DNA of 64,000 nucleotides from Octopus bimaculoides (Eukaryota): NCBI RefSeq assembly GCF_001194135.2, contig NC_068981.1, positions 12,589,581 to 12,653,580 of the forward strand, read 5' to 3'. Shown piece by piece: positions 26,059 to 37,042 of this stretch (position 1 is its first letter; each line of letters starts with the position of its first letter). The notes under the pieces were generated by a model. It saw only the letters and a program-made list of their open reading frames with translations, ran no database searches and was not told where the DNA came from. The position numbers and the translations under genes were made by a program.

Positions 26059-26157
26059 AATTCGACGGGCTTCTTTCAGTTTCCATCTACCGAAGGCTTT
26101 GATCCACCCGAGGCTATAGTAGAAGACACTTGCCAAAGTTGCCACGCAGAGGGACTA
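25816..26157 (-). mobile_element. SINE family A, 5'-truncated near the B-box
   Basis: Tail, central (TA)n and head motifs all match family A. Confidence 0.9.
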
Positions 26158-26368
26158 CCACACAATAAACAAAACAGGGGGCTTTGAATGTTACAAGACA
26201 AAGCAACTATGGAAGTCTATTAGTGAAACAATAACTACCATGATATATCATAATAATAATATTAAGACCCATGGAAACATCTTTTCCAGCTGCCTATCGA
26301 CGCATAGTCTGTGTCCGTATAGTGTTTGCAAGGGAGGCTATTGCTCCCATCTCCATCTTTGAGTGATA

Positions 26369-26413
26369 CTCACAGACCATGGTTTCTGGGTGGCTACCCG
26401 TCCTCAGTGTGAG
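26369..26413 (-). ncRNA. Type I hammerhead ribozyme with a complete catalytic core
   Basis: CUCACA-CUGAGGA-C-GGGU-AGCC-ACCC-A-GAAAC-CAUG-GUC-UGUGAG: 6-bp stem I, 4-bp stem II, helix III palindrome ACCAUGGU, GUC triplet; predicted cut between 26375 and 26374. Confidence 0.92.
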
Positions 26414-26705
26414 ATAATCACTGGCTGTTTCTCCACTCGCAACAGCTATATATCCTTTAAGCGACGCACAGACGCTGATCTCGTATAGAGAAAAACAACA
26501 TGTTTAAATCTCTCAGCGAGACACATACAGTGACAGTACCGAATAGTAAAGTTTATTTGCCAACAGAATGTGGCGGTCCGATAAAGGACGAGGTTACTGT
26601 TGTTTTAGCCCCAGGAAAACTTTTCCAGCTGGCTATCGACACACAGCCTGCATCCGTGTAGTCTTTGCAAGGGAGGTCATAGCTCCCATGTCCAGCCTTA
26701 CGAGA

Positions 26706-26746
26706 TACAGACCGTGATTTATGGGAGGTTACTAGTCCTCAGTGTA
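26706..26746 (-). ncRNA. Degenerate hammerhead ribozyme in the second monomer
   Basis: UACA-CUGAGGA-C-UAGU-AACC-UCCC-A-UAAAU-CACG-GUC-UGUA; G12 is mutated to U and stem II is largely lost. Confidence 0.8.
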
Positions 26747-26815
26747 AGACACCCACTGACAGTTATTGTAAGATTTCTCCACTCGCAGACACTATATATA
26801 CTTTAAGCGACACAC

Positions 26816-27277
26816 AGCTCATCATTTTTCAGTCAATTTGTTTATATATAAATGTCGCTTGAAATCGGAGAATATACATATTATTATTATCATATAACAT
26901 TATAGTTACTATTGTACTAATAGTTTTCCATAGTTGCTTTCACCCCGTAACTTTCGAAATCTTCTCGTTCGTTTATAAATATTCTTTTCTACTCTAGGGA
27001 CAAGGCCCGAAATTTTGGATGAACTTTATGGGTGAGCGTTTGGCCCTATCTGATGCATGTGTAGCTATGTAATTGCTGGTATATGGGTTTGATTCTGGCT
27101 CGGGTTAGCTCAGCAATGTTCAGTCAATTTGTTTTGTATATAAATATCGCTTTGAATCGGAGAATAAATATATTATTATTATGATATATCAGTATATTTG
27201 TTATTGTAATAACAGACTTCCATAGTCGTTTTCTCTCTGCAACTCTCAATGACTTCTGGTTTGTTTATAAATATTAT
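26816..27277 (+). mobile_element. Two tandem copies of repeat family U (26816-26985 headless; 27025-27277 with head)
   Basis: CAGTCAATTTGTTT...ATCGGAGAATA...TTCCATAGT...TTTATAAATATT duplicated about 290 bp apart. Confidence 0.75.
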
Positions 27278-27732
27278 CTGTGTGTGTATATATAAACATG
27301 TTCCGGGCGCACGCACATACGCACATATTGGCTTTCGAATTGAGTAGAATTTCATTTGTAGTTTTATAGTTTTTTTTTTCTCTCTTAGCTCCTTGAGTAT
27401 ATGTCATCGTAGAAACCCATCACCTATACATTCTGGCATGACGAAATACAAGTAGTTTTTTTTAATATATCCCTGATGTTTACAACGAATTAATCAAATG
27501 TAAGGGATACGTCTGAGGGAAGCAGCCTGCTACAGCATTCTTAGGCATTTTCATGCAGCACTTCACTAGGAAGGTACTGCTTCAAGGATATTTTTAAAAT
27601 GGCGAATATGATTTGTTCTCATTTTCTGACGGAAGAACCCGGATGTTGTGAGATTCACTGACTGAGCCTACATAGCGGTGATGCTATCAACACACACACA
27701 TAGACATATTCTTTTATATGTTTGCTTTATGT

Positions 27733-28489
27733 TTCTTTTACTTGTTTCAGCTATTTGAATGCTGCCATGGTGGAACACCAGATTTAGTCGAAGAACTCGA
27801 CCGCAGGACTTATGCTTTGTAAACCAAGTACTTATTCTCTCGGTTACTTTTGACAAACGGCTAAGTTACGAAAGCGTACACCAATATCGGCTGTTAAGCG
27901 ATGGTGACGGGACAAACACAGACACACAAACATACACACATACACGCGTTTATACGTATGTATATATGCTCTTTTACTCTTTTACTTGTTTCAGTCATTT
28001 GACTGCGGCCATGCTGGAGCACCGCCTTTAGTCGAGCAAATCGACCCCGGGACTTATTTTTTGTAAGCCTAGTACTTATTGTATCGGTCTCTTTTTGCCG
28101 AACCGCTAATTGACGGGGACGTAAACACACCAGCATCGGTTGTCAAGTAATGCTAGGAGAGCAGACACAGACACACAAACAAACACACACACACACACAC
28201 ACACATACATATATATATATGCATATATACGACGGGCTTCTTTCAGTTTCCGTCTACCAAATCGACTCACAAGGCTTTGGTCGGTCCGAGGCTATGGTAG
28301 AAGACACTTGCCCAAGATGCCACGCAGTGGGAATGAACCCGGAACCATGTGGTTGGTAAGCAAGCTACTTACCACACATCCACTCCTGCACGACTCACAA
28401 GGCTTTGGTTGGCCCGAGGATATAGTAGAAACACTTCCCCAAGGTACTACGTGGTTGAAAAGCAAGCTTCTTTCCATACAGCCACGCCT
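27733..28489 (-). mobile_element. Tandem SINE family A array: a 3' half (27733-27950), a full copy (27969-28389) and an extra head (28390-28489)
   Basis: Tail motif TTTTACTTGTTTCAG occurs twice; head motif GACTCACAAGGCTTTGGT occurs twice. Confidence 0.9.
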
Positions 28490-28501
28490 ATATCTATCTC
28501 T

Positions 28502-28549
<48 letters not shown>

Positions 28550-28568
28550 ATATCTATCTATCTCTATA

Positions 28569-28677
<109 letters not shown>

Positions 28678-28888
28678 ATACATACACACATATATATACA
28701 TGTAAATATATATGTAAATATATATACATATATGTAATATATGGAAATACACACCCCCATATNNNNNNNNNNNNNNNNNNNNNNNNNNNNNNNNNNNNNN
28801 NNNNNNNNNNNNNNNNNNNNNNNNNNNNNNNNNNNNNNNNNNNNNNNNNNNNNNNNNNNNNNNNNNNNNNNNNNNNNNNNNNNNNNNN

Positions 28889-28925
<37 letters not shown>

Positions 28926-28959
28926 CATACATACATACATATATGCATGTATGTAAATA

Positions 28960-30056
28960 CAGAGTGTCCCTAAAAATGTATACGTACTTTAAATAATTGT
29001 AAAGTAGGTGTTTACTAAAATACATTTGAGTTTCAAAATTTAATAGAATCTACAGACATAATTTTATATTGTTTTGTCAACGCCTGTTTTCAAACTGAAG
29101 TCCTTTCTGGTCCAGGCGCTGCTGACAACGCGAAGCAATGGAGTCGCAAACATCATGAAGCAATTCATTTCGTATTTGTGTACACTCTCGTTCAATGGCT
29201 GCTTTCAAATCAGCGACTGTTGCAGGTTTCATAGCGTAGACATTGTCTTTTAAGTATCTCCATGAAAAAAGTCTAAAGGTGTGTAGTCTGGTGAGCGCGA
29301 AGTGTATTCAGCGAAACTTCTTCGTCCAATCCATCTGTTTGGCAAGATTTTATCAAGAAGGGATCTAACATCGTGATGGAGATGCCCATCTTGCTGAAAA
29401 TAAAGCTCCTCATCATCAAAGTCTCTGATGCTTGGCATGACAGAGCAGTCTGAGTAGCGTCAAAAAATAATGGTCTAATTAATCGTCTTGATGATAAGCC
29501 ACACCACACTGTAACTCTTGGTAAATTAACATAGTGATCCGCTATAACATGCGGATCTCAGATCACCAGTAGGTGCAATTGTGAATATTAATTGAACCAT
29601 TTAATTTGAATGTGGCGTCATAACTCGACACAACCTATGTTGGAAGGTGTACATCGTCTACAAAACATGCCAAGTACCATTCGCAATACTGCATTTCTCG
29701 GTCTGGATGATCGTCATTAATAGCATGGACTTATCTTAGAACGTAACGTTTCCATTGACGATGCTTCAAAATTCCTTGGACAGACGACTTTGAAATACCT
29801 ACATCATGATTCGCTTGCTGCACAGATTTACTTGGACTTTGGTGATACGTTTCCAGCACTCCTTCTTTGTTGGGGTTGTCAATCTTCGTGGTCTTCCGGG
29901 ACGCTTCTCGCGGGCATCCTAAACAGTGCCATCGGCTTCAAACTTATCTATAATTTGAGTGATGTCAAGTCTCATTGGTTGATCTGTTTCAAACTCCCTC
30001 CTAAAGTGTTTTTGCATTTCAGGTGCGTTTTCACACTTCCAGTAGTATTTTAGAAT
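28960..30056 (-). mobile_element. rosa (DD41D-like) Tc1/mariner transposon, degenerate, 5' end missing
   Basis: TA plus TIR CAGAGTGTCCCTAAAAATGTATAC at 28958-28983. Minus-strand ILKYYWKCENA...RPGRPR...DATFKLNGSINIHNC...FQQDG...RWIGR...[11 protein letters not shown]. Confidence 0.85.
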
Positions 30057-30943
30057 ATGATAACGACAGTACTTTTGACGTGAGGGTGGGAGGGGTTTTT
30101 CTATATTGGTTTTTCTATATTGGTTTTTCTATATTTGTTTTTCTATATTTCAAGGCCGACAAGAAGCGGTGCTGCTTCCTAGGGCTAAATAGCAGTAGTA
30201 TTATTCCCTTCATTCTCTTCCTGGAACTGTCACATTAAGTTGACAGCACACAACTACNNNNNNNNNNNNNNNNNNNNNNNNNNNNNNNNNNNNNNNNNNN
30301 NNNNNNNNNNNNNNNNNNNNNNNNNNNNNNNNNNNNNNNNNNNNNNNNNNNNNNNNNNNNNNNNNNNNNNNNNNNNNNNNNNNNNNNNNNNNNNNNNNNN
30401 NNNNNNNNNNNNNNNNNNNNNNNNNNNNNNNNNNNNNNNNNNNNNNNNNNNNNNNNNNNNNNNNNNNNNNNNNNNNNNNNNNNNNNNNNNNNNNNNNNNN
30501 NNNNNNNNNNNNNNNNNNNNNNNNNNNNNNNNNNNNNNNNNNNNNNNNNNNNNNNNNNNNNNNNNNNNNNNNNNNNNNNNNNNNNNNNNNNNNNNNNNNN
30601 NNNNNNNNNNNNNNNNNNNNNNNNNNNNNNNNNNNNNNNNNNNNNNNNNNNNNNNNNNNNNNNNNNNNNNNNNNNNNNNNNNNNNNNNNNNNNNNNNNNN
30701 NNNNNNNNNNNNNNNNNNNNNNNNNNNNNNNNNNNNNNNNNNNNNNNNNNNNNNNNNNNNNNNNNNNNNNNNNNNNNNNNNNNNNNNNNNNNNNNNNNNN
30801 NNNNNNNNNNNNNNNNNNNNNNNNNNNNNNNNNGGGTTCACATACGGGTAACAAAAGATTTCCGGTAATGGACATGAGTTAGAACATTAATAAACGTCTA
30901 AAGAACACATATATAGTGCGTTTGTTTATTTAATAAAAAAAAA

Positions 30944-30967
30944 TAAATAATAATAATAACAATAATG

Positions 30968-31060
<93 letters not shown>
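30944..31060 (+). repeat. (AAT)n microsatellite
   Basis: Direct reading. Confidence 0.97.
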
Positions 31061-31061
<1 letters not shown>

Positions 31062-31180
31062 CCGTCCGAAAATGCAACAATATATCATAGATGTGCATCA
31101 GTTCATTCTATACAACCTCAGGCGTCTTATTCTTGCCGCAAAGAAATTTCTTAATAATTTAGAATAAGATGATATACTAT

Positions 31181-31531
31181 AACCACATGGATCCGGGTTC
31201 AGTCCCACTGCGTGGCAACTTGGGCAAGTGTCTTCTACTATAGCCTCGGGCCGACCAAAGACTTGTGAGTGAATTTGGTAGACGGAAACTGAAAGAAGCT
31301 CGTCGTATATATGTATATATATGTGCGTGTTTGTGTGTCTGTGTTTGTCCCCCCAACATCTCTTGACAACCGAGCTGGTGTGTTTACGTCCCCGTAACTT
31401 AGCGGTTCGGCAAAAGAGACCGATAGAATAAGTACAAGGCTTACAAAGAATAAGTCCTGGCGTCGATTTGCTCGACTAAAGCCGGTGCTCCAGAATGGCC
31501 GTAGTCAAATGACTGAAACAAGTAAAAGAGT
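31181..31531 (+). mobile_element. SINE family A, slightly 5'-truncated
   Basis: High similarity to 60872-61278 from AACCACAT to AAGTAAAAGAG. Confidence 0.93.
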
Positions 31532-32244
31532 ATAATATGGTCATTCAGAAAACCTAGTATAATGTAGTATGCCTTATTGCGATTTGTGTTCTACTGGGGA
31601 ACAAGTTTGTGTTGCACTTACAAAAAAAAAAGAAAGAAAAAAAAACAATCGTTTTATTTGTCTTGATGCATGTGAACTCATATTCAGGTAATTTTAGTTT
31701 TACAGTTTAAACTTGAAATTCATAATGTTCTCGTCTGCTTTGTTAAATGTCCGCTAAAATAGCAAATTTGTATTTAGAATATAGTCATTGTTAAATCACT
31801 CTACGAAGCATAATATAGATATATAGAGAAACGAATACCCTCAACCTCGACGTAACTATTCATTATTCATTTTTCAAATTTCGTTATTTACTTTTCAATT
31901 TTCATCGACTGTTGAATTTCAGCCTCAAGTAACCTCTACGTTCCAAACGAACATAACTCATAGACCAAGAACTTATACATTCATAACCAATATTTATAGA
32001 AATTTCTCCCCTTTTAAAGCATTTTCTACGCCATGAAATTTTAATTTGCTTCCACATTCTGATAGTAAGCCAAATTTATAAATTATTTTCACACATTGTA
32101 ACCTTGTTCATAAATAAAAAATCTGCAAAATTGTTTTACGCATTATAGAGACCACACACGCACAAATGTACTCTCGCACAAAATGTATAACTCTTTCGAA
32201 AATCTCTCAGTACCTTCATCTAATATATATCTTCTTTAATCGAG

Positions 32245-32297
<53 letters not shown>

Positions 32298-32780
32298 GTC
32301 TATCTATTTGTCTGTCTGTCAGTCTTTATATATTTGTGCAGTGGGATGTTATGTAAGCATACGTGTGTATTCTCTGTGTGATCTTGTATTCACTGATTGG
32401 GTCACTGTCAGACTGGGGCAAATCGGCCCCAGTACCTATTCATTGTTGTTTGCTTTTGAAATCTTCTATTTTATTGATTTATTTTCTCTTTTGTGTTATT
32501 TTTTTTAACCGCTAATTTAGGGGGAGGCGTTAAGAAACCAGCACACGTTCTAAAGCGGTATGGGCACAATGAAGTTATTGTTTCTCATTGTGTCGCTCCC
32601 GCTTAGCGCAAGTTATTCACTTTTATTACAAACCAGCTGTAATTCAGAAATCTAGTGTCGGAGGTAAAGTATATCTTCATTTTGCTAAATGCCTTTACAT
32701 AACTTCAAATTCCATTTTCTCTCATAGCTGTTGTATCTTTCACACAATCACACATACACACGTATACAACTATGCATATT

Positions 32781-32902
32781 GGTGCAGGCGTGGCTATGTA
32801 CAAGTAGCTTGCTCCCAAACCATATAATTCATGGTTCCGTCACACTGCATGGCATCTTGAGTAAGTATCTTTTATTATAGCCTCAGGCTATATATTTGTG
32901 TG

Positions 32903-32950
<48 letters not shown>

Positions 32951-33207
32951 GTGCGCGTGTGTATGTGTATGTATGCGTGTGTGTATACGAATGTGGTGTG
33001 AATATCTGTGTTTTTACACACCACCACTTGATAAACGCTTGGTTAATGTATGTTCCCCTTAAATTAGGGATTCACCGATAGTGAGGATAGTGTACGTAAA
33101 ATACTTTAAAAAATATAAACAGTGGAGTCAATTCTTTTGATGAAAATTCTTCTGGACAGTGCTCCAGCATGGTCGCAGTCTAATGATTACAACAAGTATC
33201 GGTAAAA
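32781..33207 (+). mobile_element. SINE family A, degenerate
   Basis: Head GGTGCAGGCGTGGCT, central (TG)n, tail GTGCTCCAGCATGGTCGCAGTC. Confidence 0.8.
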
Positions 33208-33229
33208 GATACGATAAAGCAACTACATT

Positions 33230-34145
33230 GTCAATGGTTTCCATACATAAAACAGCTGAGCCTGTCCCATATCACGTATCAAAGACATAAGTGCGGAATA
33301 TTTCATGAAATATCCTCTTGAACTGGATGGAGAAGGAATGAATGAGGAAATAGATGAATCGGCTTTTGTCCGACGAAAGATTAATGCCGGTCAGTAAGTG
33401 CAAACTCAATGGGTTTTCGGTGGGATTGAATTAGGGCAAGGAAGAAAGTGCCTTTTGGTTGCAGTTCAAGATAGATCAACTGAAACGTTATTACGAATAA
33501 TTCAACAACATATACGCCCTGGAACAATAATAATATCCGATTTATGGAAGGCTTATAAGACCATTTCAAACCTTGGTTATAATCACCTCACTGTCAATCA
33601 CGCAGTTAATTTCGTCGATCCTGATTCACATGCTTCAAACAATCATGTAAAGGCAAAATGGAACAGTGCCAAAAGACGGAATAAAAGTGAAATTGGAACA
33701 GCAAGAACATGTCTTAATAATTACTTAGTTGAAGTCATGTGGCGATATTAATTTAATGATTATCTGTTCCAGAATCTTTTGATTGGTGTGAGAGATGTTT
33801 ATAATCTCTATTTAAAAAAATAAATAATATATGTCTTGTCAGTATTTTTGTTTTAATTTTCATTTTTTATTAAATATATTTTAGCAGTCATGCTTAAGTC
33901 TTTGTTTTTTTTAAATACATTTTAGCTGTCTTCCTTAAAGAAAAAAAAAGCGCCTTCGTTTCTTATTAAATATATTTTATCTGTCATTGTTAGCACTAAA
34001 TATAAAGAAATAAAATTTATAATTTTTTAAAAAAACGAAGCTAAATCATATTTAAGCTGTCGTGCTTAAACGAAACTAAGCTATATTTAAGATAAAAACA
34101 AAAGTAAATCATATTTAAGCTGTCACGCTTAATCGAAAAAGCGCC
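33230..34145 (+). mobile_element. Merlin (IS1016-like) DNA transposon, 3' part: transposase remnant, subterminal repeats and right terminus
   Basis: EEIDESAFVRRK...QWVFGGIE...PGTIIISDLWKAY...HLTVNHAVNFVDP are Merlin DDE motifs. The terminus reads GGCGC on the minus strand, fitting the GGNRM end described for Merlin. Confidence 0.88.
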
Positions 34146-35060
34146 CCTATTCTGAGTTACTTGAAAGGTGATATTCCTTTCCCTTTCTTTTATTTGTTGA
34201 TACCCTTGTTTAATACCAATGCGTTGTTTCACTTGAAGGATGCTTCTTTACCCATCCGTTATAATATTTCAGCTGTTGTTCAATATTTCAAATACGTTTT
34301 AGCATTATCGTTCGAACTTTTTTTAAACAATCACATATGATTCATTACCCAAAAACCAACCTTTACATAAGAGTTATACTTTCACTAGCGAAAACTATAC
34401 GTATCTTTCAGAAATCTCCATACTAACTCAACTTTATGCAGCATTCCCTGTTAGTTTATGCACAGGCTATGCGGGAAGACAGAATAAAGGGACTTTTGTT
34501 AGCTTATCTCTCCGAAAAAATAGCTCCCTTTGCTGTTGAATAAAATAAACTCGCAGAGCGGAAGTTTCAACGTCTTCTTTCAATTTCATTACACCATTTA
34601 TGTGGCTGTTTCAGACAGGAAATTTCGCTTTCGTGTAAAACAACTATATTTTGTAGTCATTATTCATAATCTATTCCCAAAATACTTCAAAAGATCAACT
34701 TTATATTGCTTGTCCTATGCCCTATGATAATTAAAGTGCAGTGACCTCTTCAATTTCATTTTCCCTTCCTAGGTTAATCAGAAACGTAATACTCATAAAC
34801 CTTCTCAGTAATTCAATTATTTGGTGAAAAAATACTACCAAAGTAACTTAGACCGTCGAAAGAACGGGTGCGCTTGCTAGTATTGATATAACAGAAGAAA
34901 AGAAAATGGAGATTGGGAAGATAATTGTTTATTATTAACAGCAAGTTAATCATCTTCACTTACATCTGTTTCAATTAATACTCAGTAAATGTTAAGTAAA
35001 TATTAAATTTATATTTATATGACCCTCGTGGCGTTCGATTATAAATAATTAATCAATATG

Positions 35061-36200
35061 CATTGTGTACAGGACATCACCAGCGAGTGAAAAATTCGAA
35101 AACACACGAGAGATAAGTACAAGATAAAATACAAGGGAAACTCTAACTCTCCATGAATTTTATATTTTAAAAATTTCTGGATGCTGCTGGTTTAAGAAGT
35201 TTTCTTTTCTTGTCGTTAAAAGCACGATATAGGAGTAATAAAAATTCCGACAACTGACGAGGAGTTATCTTCTTTTTTATGTATGTCTCTGGTATATTTT
35301 CCAGTACTTACTGCTCGTGTGTTTACGCAGTTTCACTCGTTGGTGATGCCCTGTACACAATGTGTATTTTTTATTCATATATAATCTAACGCAACACAGC
35401 CTTGACCACCGTAATTTCTTATATTCATATATAATTTCTGCGACTACACACTGTTTTCTGTCTTTCTCTCTATCCCACTAAAACTTTCTTTGCTATCTCC
35501 ATTCTGTCGTTCTTCCACTCCCTACTGTCTATCGTACCTTCTCCCTTCTCCTCACGCCTTTTGTTTCTTTCCCTCATCCTCTCTCTTGTCCCCCTTCCCC
35601 TCTGTCTCTGTTATTGACACGTGACTACAGGTCATTTTTTTGCTCCTGTTTTTACTGGACTAGACGTTGACCGGGCTGGATGCCATGTCTCTGGGCTCCC
35701 GACATTTTTCTTCTACTATTTTGTTTTCTCCTAATTATTCTATTCTACTATTTTCTCCTACTACATATTTCTCTTCTAATTATCCTATTTCCTTGAAAAA
35801 TTTCTCCTACGCGTTGTTTTACTCATTACAATTGGTCTTGACCTAACGGCCCTCAATATTCGTCTCCGTAGATTGTTTACTCTGTACATCCACTCTGTCG
35901 TTGTTTGTTCCTTCGAAGATCTAACTCTCTATGAATTTTATATTTTTAAAATTTCCTGATGATGCTGTATTTTTGTCATTAAAAGCACGATATAGGAGTA
36001 ATAAAAAGTCCGACAACTGATGAGGAGTTATATTCTTTTGGTATTTTGTCCCGGAATTATCATTCATTACGTGTTTACGTATCTTTTACTCGTTGGTGAT
36101 GTCCTGTACTTATTGTGTATGATTTTGGTATTTTGTCCTGTACTTATCTCACGTGTATTTACGTATTTCGCATTCGTTGGTGATGCCCTGTACATAATGT
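35061..36200 (+). mobile_element. Non-autonomous element with two direct terminal repeats (35141-35367 and 35920-36200) preceded by an inverted repeat tail (35061-35134); Penelope pLTR-like architecture
   Basis: CTAACTCTC-ATGAATTTTATATTTT, TTAAAAGCACGATATAGGAGTAATAAAAA, CCGACAACTGA-GAGGAGTTAT and TCGTTGGTGATGCCCTGTAC are each duplicated. 35061-35134 is the reverse complement of the 36125-36200 tail. No ORF. Confidence 0.7.
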
Positions 36201-36269
36201 TTATTAAATATACATATTACTTAAAGAAATTCCAACCTTATCTGATTTTCACTTTTTACTTACAGTCTT

Positions 36270-36572
36270 ATAATAATATAATATAAGATAATGTAATGTA
36301 ATGAGAAGATAGATTATTAAATGCGTATTCTGATTGAACTAGTACTTGCATGCATTAAACTATACAATGTACAGGTTCATATAGTAGTGGTGATCGTTAT
36401 GTCTTACAATTTACAAATATAAATTGTAAATTGTTAAACGCAATAGTCATCACTACTATATGAACCTGAAGATTGCATAGTTTAATGCATGAAAGTATTA
36501 GTTCAGTCAGAATAAACATTTAATATTCTATCATTTCATTATATTATATTATCTTATATTATATTATTATTA
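36270..36572. repeat. ~300-bp near-perfect palindrome (foldback MITE-like)
   Basis: The arms match in reverse complement, e.g. CAGGTTCATATAGTAGTG / CACTACTATATGAACCTG and GCATTAAACTAT / ATAGTTTAATGC. Confidence 0.9.
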
Positions 36573-36633
36573 TTATAAAATTGTAAATAAGACGTGAAAA
36601 TCAAAGTTGGAATTTCATTGAGTNNNNNNNNNN

Positions 36634-36710
<77 letters not shown>

Positions 36711-36988
36711 CTGCTAATGTCAGCTGTGAATAAATTTTCAAACTGATATCATCAGCAGAGACATACGTGGATCGCAGGCACAATAACATTATATAGCTAT
36801 GAATTATAAATTTGCACGAAGAGTGATGATACTCAAAAATAATTCACCTGCTAGAAATAAGAGCTAAAGTCTTAAATTAATCCACCGTACAGCACCAAGA
36901 TAGCAGAGAAAAGCAGTATTGAAGGAAAACGGAAAGAATTAATATATTTAACACCACAAAATAAAAGTATTACGCAGTTTAGGACATA

Positions 36989-37042
36989 CACATTCCCGGG
37001 ATTCGGTTTTTTGATATTTAATCCTTGAGCTTCTTCAGTGTG
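36989..37042 (-). ncRNA. Degenerate type I hammerhead
   Basis: CACA-CUGAAGA-[26-nt decayed stem II]-CGAAU-CCGG-GAA-UGUG; stem I CACA/UGUG is intact and the helix III loop is palindromic (CCGG). Confidence 0.55.

Larger units (their letters stand above)
26259..26818 (-). mobile_element. Tandem of a ~335-340-bp non-coding monomer (about 1.6 copies), each carrying a hammerhead ribozyme; retrozyme or Penelope pLTR-like
   Basis: TTTTCCAGCTG at 26282 and 26621; TTTGCAAGGGAGG, GTCCTCAGTGT and TTTCTCCACTCGCA are each duplicated; HHR motif in both copies. Confidence 0.85.

Noticed and set aside
32569-32655. 28-codon ORF with a signal-peptide-like start (MKLLFLIVSLPLSA)
   Set aside because: Too short, no convincing splice donor or promoter, and expected by chance in AT-rich DNA.
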